DNA of 64,000 nt, from IMG/VR virus record IMGVR_UViG_3300023371_004649, one strand, 5' to 3'. The notes under the pieces were generated by a model. The model was given only the letters and a program-made list of their open reading frames with translations, ran no database searches and was not told the DNA's origin. Source of the DNA: a virus (taxonomy: Duplodnaviria; Heunggongvirae; Uroviricota; Caudoviricetes). Shown in pieces: positions 27,924 to 36,685 of this stretch; positions within the stretch are counted from its first letter, which is position 1, and each line of letters begins with the position of its first letter. Both the position numbers and the translations under genes were made by a program.

Positions 27924-27953
27924 TTGACTTTTATAAATAAATATGTTACAATA
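27924..27953 (+). promoter_or_regulatory. sigma-70-type promoter (TTGACT-N17-TACAAT) driving a short terminated transcript
   Basis: cttgacttttataaataaatatgttacaatat. Confidence 0.45.
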
Positions 27954-27958
27954 TAAAT

Positions 27959-28040
27959 GCTAAGAATGATTCTGTTCATTACTTTACCTCTTTTCTTTGG
28001 ACAGGAACCTGTTGGGGAGCAGGTTCCTGTCTTCTTTTTT
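27959..28040 (+). ncRNA. candidate small RNA (about 80 nt) between promoter and terminator
   Basis: The promoter at 27924-27953 is followed about 45 nt later by a gacaggaacct...aggttcctgtc hairpin and TTCTTTTTT. No RBS-preceded ORF. Confidence 0.3.
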
Positions 28041-28151
28041 AACCATTTATTAATCAACCTTTTTATATAATCTGCCAAACAAATAATAATTGTTTTATCC
28101 ATCAAAATATGTTATTATATAAAAAAGAATAAAAAGAAGGGAGGGTAGAAT

Positions 28152-28829
28152 ATGAAAAGAATTGAATCGATATTATCTAAGAAAAAAACTTACTACAACA
28201 TTGATGGAACAAAAAGCGAAACAACCAAACGAGTAGGATTTTGTAATAATAATCTGCATAGAGGTTATCTCACAAAAAAACTAATGGATGAACATCAATG
28301 TATAGAAAAGGGCTGCCATTATTTTATTAAGTATGAAAAGAATGCTTATTGGCAACAGAAAAATGCATCAAAAGAAAAACGCCAAAAAGCAAAAGAAGAA
28401 AAAAAATATTGGGAAAAGAAAGAAAATCAGGCGCTTTATTTGATGAGAGATTTAACAAAAGATATCGATGATTTCGGTATCACTGCGGTTTATAAAAGGG
28501 AAGATTATTTAGAAATAAGATATGTATCCTTAAACATGGTAAATCTCACATCTGAATTATCAGTGGTAAAAATGAAAACAGGTGTAAATTGTAAATTATC
28601 ATCAGTAAAAACTACATATTCAAAAAAAGTAGAACTTCTAAATCTTTTTAACCCATCAGTAAAAGGATATTTGCAAGATATACCTATTGATGAAAAAGCA
28701 GAATGTATAGTAGAAGTTATTGAAGAAAACAAACCCCCAGAGTGCTTTGAAGTAGAAATTGAAGATTCAGATATTGACTTCGATATAGAAGATTATTTAG
28801 AAATAAATCCAGAAAATGAAAATATATAA
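28152..28829 (+). CDS. paralog family A, second member
   Basis: CNNNLHRGYLTKKLMDEHQCIEKGC module followed by KEKRQKAKEEKKYWEKKE, as in 22341..23231. Confidence 0.45.
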   Translation: MKRIESILSKKKTYYNIDGTKSETTKRVGFCNNNLHRGYLTKKLMDEHQCIEKGCHYFIKYEKNAYWQQKNASKEKRQKAKEEKKYWEKKENQALYLMRDLTKDIDDFGITAVYKREDYLEIRYVSLNMVNLTSELSVVKMKTGVNCKLSSVKTTYSKKVELLNLFNPSVKGYLQDIPIDEKAECIVEVIEENKPPECFEVEIEDSDIDFDIEDYLEINPENENI

Positions 28830-28833
28830 CAAA

Positions 28834-28866
28834 AAGCCAGTTAAGAGAATCTTAACTGGCTTTTAT
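28834..28866. terminator. bidirectional terminator
   Basis: gccagttaag-agaat-cttaactggc hairpin followed by TTTT. Confidence 0.55.
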
Positions 28867-28878
28867 ATTTTTAAATTT

Positions 28879-29145
28879 TTAAAATGCCTCTTTGTGAATT
28901 GCCTCCAGCAGCTCAATAGTTAGCTCTTCCCCTCCCTCAGCCACTCGTTTATCATCAATTACAGAATCAATTGTGCAGTTGGGGCAAATGGCAGTATATC
29001 TACCATCCTTTTCTTCCATAAATTCAATCTCTTCTTTATTAAGCAAAGAACAACAATAATAACAACCACAGGTTTTTGCATCTTCAATATATGGTCTATT
29101 TCCAAAAGCCATTTTAATATAATGCCGAACATTATGCTTCATCAA
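28879..29145 (-). CDS. Cys-rich small protein (88 aa)
   Basis: CGCYYCC...CPNC motifs. Confidence 0.4.
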   Translation of the reverse strand: MMKHNVRHYIKMAFGNRPYIEDAKTCGCYYCCSLLNKEEIEFMEEKDGRYTAICPNCTIDSVIDDKRVAEGGEELTIELLEAIHKEAF

Positions 29146-29240
29146 AACACCTCCAAATTCTTTCTGTATTTATTATAACATATTTTTAGAAAAAAGACAA
29201 GATTTTATACAAAAACAGCCGAGAAAAACTCGGCTGTTAA

Positions 29241-30047
29241 TTATTTCTTGTTTCTTAAATTTTTATAGTAGTCATATCCATCCACTCTGATTGTCTTATA
29301 AGAAACAGGACTTCTGCCAATTTCGATTTCAAAATTGTCTTTTAGCTCAATGATTTGCTGAGTACCATCGAAGCCAACAATAACATCACTACTTTGAGAG
29401 TTCTCACAAATTTTAATTTTAATATCAGAGTCATGATGTACGATTAAAGATTTGAATTCCCCATCAGCCGTTCCAATAGGAGTAATAATATAAACAGGAC
29501 TTTTAGGATGAACAATTGTATCGTTTAAAGCTCGGTTATATGCAGTAGAACCAAAAGCAGTAGATACTAACATACCATCACAAATATAAGACCCTACAAA
29601 ACTCTTATCCACGTAGAGTTCAAGATGAATCGTTTTTAAAAAATCTTTCTTGCCGATAGTAATGTCATTTACTGCATCCCAGTATCCTCCATTAACCAAT
29701 CCAGTAATAAAGGATGTGGTATTAACGGAATACCTACCAGAAAAAATTTTCTCAACATCATCAACCATATTTAAAGGTTCAATAGTTGCAATAAAACCCT
29801 TCCTACCTAAATTGATACCAACTACGGGAGTATCAGGGACCAAATGAATAGTCCTTAGCATTGAACCATCGCCCCCAATAGAAAAAGCAATGTCAAATTT
29901 TTCATTAATTTCAATATTATCTTCTACTTTATATACAGTTATATCTGATATTCTATATTTATTTTCTAGAAGCATCTTTAAATTATTTACGCATTCTTTT
30001 TTTGAGTCTTTGGCTTCACTATAACAAATCAATATCTTTTCCAACAT
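29241..30047 (-). CDS. nadK: NAD(+) kinase
   Basis: GGDGSMLRT and NLGRKGFI motifs typical of PpnK/NadK. Confidence 0.75.
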   Translation of the reverse strand: MLEKILICYSEAKDSKKECVNNLKMLLENKYRISDITVYKVEDNIEINEKFDIAFSIGGDGSMLRTIHLVPDTPVVGINLGRKGFIATIEPLNMVDDVEKIFSGRYSVNTTSFITGLVNGGYWDAVNDITIGKKDFLKTIHLELYVDKSFVGSYICDGMLVSTAFGSTAYNRALNDTIVHPKSPVYIITPIGTADGEFKSLIVHHDSDIKIKICENSQSSDVIVGFDGTQQIIELKDNFEIEIGRSPVSYKTIRVDGYDYYKNLRNKK

Positions 30048-30132
30048 ATTAGTAACCTCCTCTGAAGTATGTACGCATTATAACATATTTTAGAAAAAAA
30101 GTAAAGAAAAAGCCCACAAAAGTGGGCCCAAA

Positions 30133-30516
30133 TTAAAACAGCATTGCAAAGAAGCTAAATACGGCAGTACCCCAAATAGCTAAAGTTAGTAAAATACCTC
30201 CAATAACTAAAGCGACTCCAATAAGCAATGTAATTTTACATATTTTCCATTTTTCTTGTGCATCTTTATAATCTCCACGTTTATAATCAGAACTCGCCAT
30301 GATGGAAAAAATAAGAGATATTATACCAGTTATCTGATTACAACAAAACAGAGAAAGAATAGAAAGTATAATGTACAATACAGTTTCATCTTCTATTATA
30401 TTAGAATTGTGTTTCACATCTTGAGTTTCATTCTTTAACACCGCTCCACAACCAGGACAAACCGTAATATTTTCTTCGCATTTTTCCCCACACTTGTAAC
30501 AAAACATATAAATCAC
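30133..30516 (-). CDS. zinc-ribbon membrane protein (127 aa)
   Basis: N-terminal CYKCGEKC...CPGCGAV, then two TM helices. Confidence 0.45.
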   Translation of the reverse strand: MIYMFCYKCGEKCEENITVCPGCGAVLKNETQDVKHNSNIIEDETVLYIILSILSLFCCNQITGIISLIFSIMASSDYKRGDYKDAQEKWKICKITLLIGVALVIGGILLTLAIWGTAVFSFFAMLF

Positions 30517-30626
30517 CTCTTATCAAACATATTTTTATATTATATTCGAAAACATATATAATTACAAACACACATTTTACTAAAAATTAGTTGTTTTGCG
30601 AAAAATAAAAAAACCATAAAAAACAC

Positions 30627-30656
30627 TTGACTTTGCCATAAAAATATGTTATCATA
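30627..30656 (+). promoter_or_regulatory. promoter of the tRNA-Leu operon (TTGACT-N17-TATCAT)
   Basis: cacttgactttgccataaaaatatgttatcatat. Confidence 0.5.
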
Positions 30657-30684
30657 TAGGTGTTCTACCGAGAACAACAAATTT

Positions 30685-30767
30685 GCTGGTGTGGTGGAAT
30701 GGCAGACACGCTAGTCTTAGGAACTAGTGCCTTGTGCGTGTGGGTTCGAGTCCCACCACCAGCACCA
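30685..30767 (+). tRNA. tRNA-Leu (anticodon TAG), type II, CCA encoded
   Basis: Acceptor gctggtg/caccagc; D-arm gtggtggaatggcagacac; anticodon stem ctagt/actag with loop cttagga; long variable arm; T-arm gggttcgagtccc. Confidence 0.8.
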
Positions 30768-30773
30768 TAATAT

Positions 30774-30860
30774 GCCGCAGTGGTGGAATAGGCAGACACC
30801 AGGGACTTAAAATCCCTTGCTGGCAACAGCGTGCGGGTTCGAGTCCCGCCTGCGGCACCA
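30774..30860 (+). tRNA. tRNA-Leu (anticodon TAA), type II, CCA encoded
   Basis: Acceptor gccgcag/ctgcggc; anticodon loop cttaaaa; long variable arm. Confidence 0.8.
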
Positions 30861-31027
30861 AAACAAGTGCTATGAATCCAAAACCTCAGACTTTGAGATG
30901 TCCTCAATGCGCACGTAATTGAGATGGTTACCATACAGATTCGCTTTAGTTGAATGGAGTTAAAAGAACAGCTTGTTTTCCTTGTATAATGGGTGCCGTT
31001 TTAAAACCGCTCATTATACGCATATAT

Positions 31028-31104
31028 AGGCCCTTAGCTCAGTCGGTTAGAGCTAGCGCCTCATAAGCGCTCGGTCCTGGGTTCGAGCCCCAGAGGGCCT
31101 ACCA
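31028..31104 (+). tRNA. tRNA-Met (anticodon CAT; elongator or Ile-lysidine cannot be told apart), CCA encoded
   Basis: Acceptor aggccct/agggcct; anticodon stem agcgc/gcgct with loop ctcataa; own TGnTATAAT -10 element (ttgtataatg) at about 30988. Confidence 0.75.
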
Positions 31105-31106
31105 CA

Positions 31107-31137
31107 GTGCCGCATTCACTGCGGCATTAAATTTATC
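31107..31137 (+). terminator. weak terminator hairpin
   Basis: tgccgc-attcact-gcggca followed by a T-rich run. Confidence 0.4.
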
Positions 31138-31195
31138 AATAACATCATTAGATGTTAAATATAAAAATTTATAAAACATAAGGAGGAGCTATATT

Positions 31196-32830
31196 ATGGC
31201 TTGGTTAATTCCCGCAGGTATCGTCATTGGTATCGTAATCATTCTTGTCGCCTTTCTGTGTGCTATTTATAAGGTAGCAGATATCGATAAGGCACTAATC
31301 ATTACAGGTGGTAAGGAACCTGTAATTAAGGTTTCTGGTGGTTCTTTTGTAATCCCTATTTTCCGTAAGGCATCTTATTTCGACCTTTGCATGCTAACCG
31401 TTAAGGCAGACAGGGACGAAATTCGTACTATTACATCTGTACCCATTGTAACTGACTGGACTGCTCAGATTCGCCCTGACACTAATAATATGGATAACCT
31501 AAAGAAGGCAATTGTTTCCTTCAAGGAACGTGGTCAGGATGGTATTATCCAGGACGTTAAGTTAACCCTTACTGGTGCAGTTCGTGATATCGTCGCATCT
31601 ATGACCCCTGAGGCAGTTCTTCGTGACAAGGCTGAGTTCGCTCAGAAGGTCCGTGATACTGTTGAAGACGAAATGCGCAATATGGGTATGGAACTGGTTT
31701 CACTAAATATCCAGGATATCTCTGACAATAATCATTATTACGATAACATCGCTGCTCTCGACCAGGAAGACAAGCGTCTTGCTGCAGAGAATAAGCGTGC
31801 TCAGATTGACCAGGAAGTTCGTAAGAAGAAGGCTGAAGCAGAAAAGATTGCTGCTCATGCCGAACTTGAATCCGACCTCGCTATCGCTGAAAAGCAGCGT
31901 GATAATAACTTGAAGCAGGCAGAATTCAAGGCTGAAACTGATACCGCTAATGCTAACGCAGAAATCGCTGGTCAGCTTCAGACCACTAAGCGTATGCAGG
32001 AAATCGCAGAACAGGAAGGCAAGATTGAAGTCGTTCGTCAGGAACAGGCTAACCTTGCCGCTATCAAGGAAAAGGAAGTTATCGTTACTCGTGCCCAGGC
32101 TGAAAAGGAAAAGGACATGATTGCTGCTGATGCTTCCGCTAACGTTGAAAAGATTAAGGCTGACGCTAAGGTCCAGATTGCTGAGAAGCATGCTTCCGCA
32201 ATTAAGATTGAGGCCGATGCTAATGCCGAAAAGGTTCGTCAGGAAGGTCAGGCAATTGCCGACGTTGAACGTCAGAAGGGTACTGCTGAAGCTGAAGTTG
32301 TTCGTCAGCGCGGTCTCGCTGAAGCCGAAGTTGAAAAGCAGCAGGGTCTTGCTCGTGCAGAAGTTACTAAGCAGAATGGTCTTGCTGAAGCTGAAGCCGA
32401 GCGTGCTAAGCTGATGGCTCAGGCCGATGGTGAACGCGCACTTGCTGATGCTCGTGCTTCTAACGAAAAGGTTAACTTCGAAATTGAGAAGATTAAGCTC
32501 GAAACTGAAGCTCGTATTACCATTGCTACTAAGACTGCTGAAATTATGGCAGAAATCGGTAAGAACGCTGAGTTCGTTAATATCGGTGGTGGCGCCCAGG
32601 GCCCTGGTGCTCTTGGAAGCCCTACTGGAAACGTCCTAATGGACACTCTCGCCAGCGTTCCCGTTCTTATGAAGACTCTCAACGTTGAAAATCAGGCCCT
32701 CAATGGCAAGACTATCAACGAAGAGGTAGAAGGTCTTGTTGGCAGTGTTGTAGGCCCCATGAAGGGTATGCTTGTTAATACCGAAGGTGACAACAAGCAG
32801 CTTCCCGAAGCTCCTACCGATGCTGAATAA
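31196..32830 (+). CDS. flotillin-like SPFH/band-7 protein (FloT/YuaG-like)
   Basis: N-terminal TM helix and SPFH domain, then a long EA/AE-rich coiled-coil repeat (AEAE, KQ..LA.AE); 544 aa. Confidence 0.7.
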   Translation: MAWLIPAGIVIGIVIILVAFLCAIYKVADIDKALIITGGKEPVIKVSGGSFVIPIFRKASYFDLCMLTVKADRDEIRTITSVPIVTDWTAQIRPDTNNMDNLKKAIVSFKERGQDGIIQDVKLTLTGAVRDIVASMTPEAVLRDKAEFAQKVRDTVEDEMRNMGMELVSLNIQDISDNNHYYDNIAALDQEDKRLAAENKRAQIDQEVRKKKAEAEKIAAHAELESDLAIAEKQRDNNLKQAEFKAETDTANANAEIAGQLQTTKRMQEIAEQEGKIEVVRQEQANLAAIKEKEVIVTRAQAEKEKDMIAADASANVEKIKADAKVQIAEKHASAIKIEADANAEKVRQEGQAIADVERQKGTAEAEVVRQRGLAEAEVEKQQGLARAEVTKQNGLAEAEAERAKLMAQADGERALADARASNEKVNFEIEKIKLETEARITIATKTAEIMAEIGKNAEFVNIGGGAQGPGALGSPTGNVLMDTLASVPVLMKTLNVENQALNGKTINEEVEGLVGSVVGPMKGMLVNTEGDNKQLPEAPTDAE

Positions 32831-32842
32831 TACATAATAATT

Positions 32843-32881
32843 ACAGCCAAGGGAGATTAACCCTTGGCTGTTTCTTTTTTC
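32843..32881. terminator. bidirectional terminator
   Basis: cagccaaggg-agattaa-cccttggctg hairpin followed by TTTCTTTTTT. Confidence 0.55.
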
Positions 32882-33153
32882 TCTAAATAATATTCAAAAA
32901 ATCTTTTATTAAGAACTCGAATTTTTTTATATTGTTCTTCTTTCTCCATATTTTGCTTTTTTTGGAAATATATTATCTTATTTCGCATATGCTCGTCTAT
33001 CTCATCTTGAATATTTTTAATATTTTCATTATTTAGACCAAAGGTTTTCAACATTTCCACATAGTTTTCCACATCCTTTGATGTGGGTTTCTTTTTAGCC
33101 TCTATTATCTCTCTAACAAACTTAGTTGCTTGAATTTTCCCATTCTGTACCAT
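32857..33153 (-). CDS. hypothetical protein (98 aa)
   Basis: ATG at 33153 with RBS GAGGAG. The longer track ORF would overlap the neighbour's promoter. Confidence 0.4.
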   Translation of the reverse strand: MVQNGKIQATKFVREIIEAKKKPTSKDVENYVEMLKTFGLNNENIKNIQDEIDEHMRNKIIYFQKKQNMEKEEQYKKIRVLNKRFFEYYLEKKETAKG

Positions 33154-33235
33154 ATTTACTCCTCTTATATACAAATTTCTACATGTATTAGCATTCCCAT
33201 ATAGGTTATAATAACTCATAGAGGGGTGATAATCA

Positions 33236-33453
33236 TGAAAATTGTAGCCGTTCAAAAAGACGAAAACGGTGTTATCCAGCAGTATAAACTGGATAATGAG
33301 AAAGTGGTAGATGTCAAACAGGCAATTGAAATGGTTCGTAATAATCAAATAGAAAATTGTAACGTTTTTACCACAAAGAATGGCAACGAAGCCATTCGTT
33401 CTGATAGAGATGGAGATGCCTCCAACAATTTAGACAATCTTCCCACTTTCTAA
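33236..33453 (+). CDS. DUF3892-family small protein
   Basis: VQKDENGVIQQYKL...AIEMVRNNQIEN...DGDASNNLDNLPTF matches the DUF3892 pattern. Confidence 0.5.
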
Positions 33454-33455
33454 CA

Positions 33456-33488
33456 AAAACAGGCGGACAATTGTCCGCCTGTTTTCTA
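33456..33488 (+). terminator. rho-independent terminator
   Basis: acaggcggacaa/ttgtccgcctgt perfect palindrome followed by TTTT. Confidence 0.6.
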
Positions 33489-33606
33489 TATAAAACCCAA
33501 CACCAGAACCACAGCACAAATAGCATTAACCATTTGTTCTATCTATATACATAAGTGGAGAATAATAAAAATATTTTTATTATTCTTTAGAAAAAACTAG
33601 AAGAGC

Positions 33607-34248
33607 TTAAACAAGCTCTTCTAGAATATTAGTATTTTCGTTAAACCACGTGACCGAAATACTTTCAATAGTATTTTTATCTGTAGTTTCTAACAGCTCA
33701 TAATACTTAGACAGAACATCTTCTCTGGTCATATCTTTTGTTACCACAAAGCACTCCTGCTTATTATTTCTGCAGTTGATAATAATAAGTCCATGCCCTT
33801 CATAAGTTTCATCTTCTGCTACAACTTTTTCGAGAATCAATGTCTCTTCATTATCAATTCTAAAAGAATTGCCAATAAAATAAAGCTGTTCAAACCCATT
33901 AGAAACATCATAAATATTTGAGAACCCATCAGGGATATCATCAAAAATTTTCTTTCCGTTAATAAATTTAGCAAGCATATCAGTAGAGAATCCATTAATC
34001 TCAGAAACATTCTTCTTCCAGATGATTTCATCCGTCTCAAGATTTTTAACAGCTAAAACTAAATTCTTTCTAAGATAATTGATGTCGTTTGACGCAAGTT
34101 TATTCCCATCCCACTTAAATCGATAATGATGCCCACATCCACATTTCTGACAATAATAATCATGTTCTCCAGTACGACAATCATAATCAACCCAAAGAGT
34201 TTCATTCTTACAACGAGGACATTCCTCAAACCCAATAACCGAACTCAT
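33607..34248 (-). CDS. paralog family B: N-terminal zinc ribbon plus conserved C-terminal domain
   Basis: ECPRCKNETLWVDYDCRTGEHDYYCQKCGCG versus EKCPKCGKESLFVDYDCRTGEYDTFCEFCGFG in 35535..36257. Confidence 0.45.
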   Translation of the reverse strand: MSSVIGFEECPRCKNETLWVDYDCRTGEHDYYCQKCGCGHHYRFKWDGNKLASNDINYLRKNLVLAVKNLETDEIIWKKNVSEINGFSTDMLAKFINGKKIFDDIPDGFSNIYDVSNGFEQLYFIGNSFRIDNEETLILEKVVAEDETYEGHGLIIINCRNNKQECFVVTKDMTREDVLSKYYELLETTDKNTIESISVTWFNENTNILEELV

Positions 34249-34423
34249 ATTTTATCTCCTTTCTGTTTTCATATATATTATAACATATTAAAAAGAAAAA
34301 AGAAACGTCAAAATAAATAAAAAGAAGTAGTAAAATTTTATTTTTTATTACCTCAAAACTCTTTACAAAACAGAAGTTTTATGCTATAATATAAGTACAA
34401 AGAACAGAAAGGAAGTGAGTCCA

Positions 34424-34552
34424 ATGGGTCAAGAAGATTCTATAAAAATCTCTCTGAGAGGATGTGATATAGTATCTAACCGTATTCCCGAATTTAAGAA
34501 AGTTGAGGTACAGACCCATGTGGAAGTAGCTTTAATTACTAATTTCAAATAA
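34424..34552 (+). CDS. hypothetical small protein (42 aa), absent from the ORF track
   Basis: TTTACA-N17-TATGCTATAAT promoter, RBS AGGAAG, terminator palindrome downstream. Confidence 0.35.
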   Translation: MGQEDSIKISLRGCDIVSNRIPEFKKVEVQTHVEVALITNFK

Positions 34553-34568
34553 ATTTTAATTAACATAG

Positions 34569-34608
34569 AAAGGGCCAATAACATATATGTTATTGGCCCT
34601 TATTTATT
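34569..34608. terminator. bidirectional terminator
   Basis: agggccaataacatatatgttattggccct palindrome. Confidence 0.55.
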
Positions 34609-34930
34609 AATCAACGGGTGTAACCCGCAAATAATACTCATAGTTACGAATTTTATATTCGACCTTTGGATTTGTTTTGTTTTTTAGGTCATCTACAGCC
34701 ACGGCATTAGTGCCCTCTCTAACCGCTCTAATAGCGTCTAAATCGTCAGATAGTTGTACCCCATACCCATGTATATCTTCGCTTGTAGCCACGCTAAGAC
34801 CCACGTACATGGTTTTAGAAACTAATATATCATCCACTTCTAATTCTTTTACATCATGCCCCTGAGTACAAGAAATGGCCTTATCATATAACTTAATATA
34901 TCCTTTATATAAATCAGCAAAAATTTTCAT
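34607..34930 (-). CDS. hypothetical protein (107 aa)
   Basis: ORF with a conserved minus-strand promoter at about 34955. Confidence 0.4.
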   Translation of the reverse strand: MKIFADLYKGYIKLYDKAISCTQGHDVKELEVDDILVSKTMYVGLSVATSEDIHGYGVQLSDDLDAIRAVREGTNAVAVDDLKNKTNPKVEYKIRNYEYYLRVTPVD

Positions 34931-35066
34931 AAATACGCTCCTATCCATTTTTTATAAGTCTATTATAACACAATTTTGTAAAAAAGACAATATTAAGAAA
35001 AAATAAAACATATAATATATTGTTATTCCAAACCGTGGTCATAAATTTATTTAAGGAGAAAAAGAA

Positions 35067-35495
35067 ATGGTTAAGAATTGGCTCGTAAAGCACAAGTATG
35101 AAATTGGCTCTGCTATCCTTATGCTCGCAGTTTTTGCAATCCTAACCTTCGGTTTCGGTAGTCTGGTCAAGGTTAAGGCAGAGCAACCCGTTGTCACGAA
35201 TGAATACAAAGTCCTTACTGTTTATCAGTACTCCGCTCCCGTTACAAACGGCTATGGCGGAGTAAAGAGACACGAGACAAAGTATCATGTTACTTACATC
35301 AACAATGACGGCGATATCTGCGATAAAGAAATGTATAATGCCGCCGCCACCTCTGAAAAGCCCTATGAGGCTGTTTATATGGGTGAGGAAACCAAACTGG
35401 TTATTACCAGCAAAGGTTCCACTTCTTGGTACGCTCTGTACCTGACGGAACAGGACTTCCAGGAGATGCGATATAAGCTAATTGAGTCTGAATAA
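35067..35495 (+). CDS. membrane-anchored hypothetical protein (142 aa)
   Basis: RBS AAGGAGAAAAAG; N-terminal TM helix; GC-richer. Confidence 0.45.
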   Translation: MVKNWLVKHKYEIGSAILMLAVFAILTFGFGSLVKVKAEQPVVTNEYKVLTVYQYSAPVTNGYGGVKRHETKYHVTYINNDGDICDKEMYNAAATSEKPYEAVYMGEETKLVITSKGSTSWYALYLTEQDFQEMRYKLIESE

Positions 35496-35498
35496 TAA

Positions 35499-35534
35499 AA
35501 ATGCACCATCACATGATGGTGCATTTTTATTTGC
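35499..35534. terminator. bidirectional terminator
   Basis: aatgcaccatc-acat-gatggtgcatt hairpin followed by TTTTTATTT. Confidence 0.55.
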
Positions 35535-36257
35535 TTAAAAAGGTAAGTCATCCTCAGATGTATTGTCCTCGTAAGGAGTATCATAGACAGGATAAGACTC
35601 ATCAAATTCCCGATATTCTCCATAAAGGATTTCATACTCCTTGATTTCGGGATTATACCAAGTAGCCAAAATCTCCTTTACACCAGAGCGATTTTTAACC
35701 TCTTCAATAACAGCTATGGCAGCCTCTCTTGTAGTATTTTCCTCGAACCTGATTTCTTCGGAAGCGGTATCTGTGAAAAATAGAATATGCCCAAACCCAC
35801 CGAGCTCTTCAAACTCGATTTTAATCTCATGAACAATCATCTTATCATCAAGAACTTCCAGCTCATTTCCGAGAGAATACAGTCTTTCAACTTTTTCTCC
35901 AGAAATCCAATAAAAATTATTGATACCTTCATCATACTCATCGAATCGATACCCATCGCAATGATTTAAATAACAATCAATCATGTCAGTGTTAAATCCT
36001 TTGATTTCTGTTACAGCCTTTTGTAGATAGAACTCATCGTTGTTGTAGTTCCGAACAACTAGAAAAACTTCGGACAAAGGATAAATCTTATCTTCACGAA
36101 CGATGTCAAAGTTTTCATCTCTTATCCAAGAAAAATGCTGTCCGAATCCGCAAAATTCGCAAAAGGTATCATACTCGCCAGTTCGACAATCGTAATCTAC
36201 GAACAAAGATTCTTTGCCACACTTAGGACACTTTTCAGTAGAACAACTTGTACTCAT
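35535..36257 (-). CDS. paralog family B, second member (240 aa)
   Basis: See 33607..34248. Confidence 0.45.
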   Translation of the reverse strand: MSTSCSTEKCPKCGKESLFVDYDCRTGEYDTFCEFCGFGQHFSWIRDENFDIVREDKIYPLSEVFLVVRNYNNDEFYLQKAVTEIKGFNTDMIDCYLNHCDGYRFDEYDEGINNFYWISGEKVERLYSLGNELEVLDDKMIVHEIKIEFEELGGFGHILFFTDTASEEIRFEENTTREAAIAVIEEVKNRSGVKEILATWYNPEIKEYEILYGEYREFDESYPVYDTPYEDNTSEDDLPF

Positions 36258-36354
36258 ATTAACTTCCTCCCATTTTAATTATAGTGTCTTTATATTATAT
36301 GTTTTTTGCGCAAAAAAATATTTTTCAAAAACAAAAATAAATCGTGAACGACCC

Positions 36355-36384
36355 TTGACTTAGACATAAAGATATGTTATAATA
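36355..36384 (+). promoter_or_regulatory. promoter (TTGACT-N17-TATAAT) of the tRNA-like/tRNA-Lys unit
   Basis: cccttgacttagacataaagatatgttataat. Confidence 0.5.
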
Positions 36385-36402
36385 AAAGTACAAACAAGAG
36401 AT

Positions 36403-36480
36403 GCAGAAAAAGTTCTGAAAGGTCGGAACGAATTATAAATAATAGAATTCGGGTAGGTTCGAATCCTACTTTCTGCCCCA
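36403..36480 (+). ncRNA. tRNA-like element with an 11-nt anticodon loop (pseudo-tRNA or unconventional tRNA), CCA encoded
   Basis: Acceptor gcagaaa/tttctgc; D-stem gttc/gaac with a GG-containing loop; T-arm gtagg-ttcgaat-cctac; discriminator and CCA present. The anticodon stem gaatt/aattc encloses ataaataatag. Confidence 0.4.
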
Positions 36481-36609
36481 AAAAAGACTGCCATAGGTGA
36501 ACCTCGTGATTCAGCTACCAAAGAAACGGCTTGAAAATGATGCCATAGTTCGAGGCTGGCAGAATGTATCTATCCAAAAGCTTTTCTACTGTGCATACAA
36601 CTTAATTAT

Positions 36610-36685
36610 GAGGGTATAGCTCAGTAGGTAGAGCACTTGCCTTTTAAGCAAGGAGTCGAGGGTTCGAGCCCCTCTACCCTCACCA
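36610..36685 (+). tRNA. tRNA-Lys (anticodon TTT), CCA encoded
   Basis: Acceptor gagggta/taccctc; anticodon stem cttgc/gcaag with loop cttttaa; T-arm gagggttcgagcccctc. Confidence 0.8.

Noticed and set aside
30665-30934. ORFs 30665..30934 (minus) and 30734..30922 (plus) across the tRNA cluster
   Set aside because: They coincide with three clearly folded tRNA genes; open only because of local GC richness.
31703-32682. Several 70-160 aa ORFs on both strands inside the flotillin gene
   Set aside because: The repetitive Ala/Glu-rich coding sequence produces open frames in every phase. Only the 544-aa frame has SPFH and coiled-coil features and an RBS.
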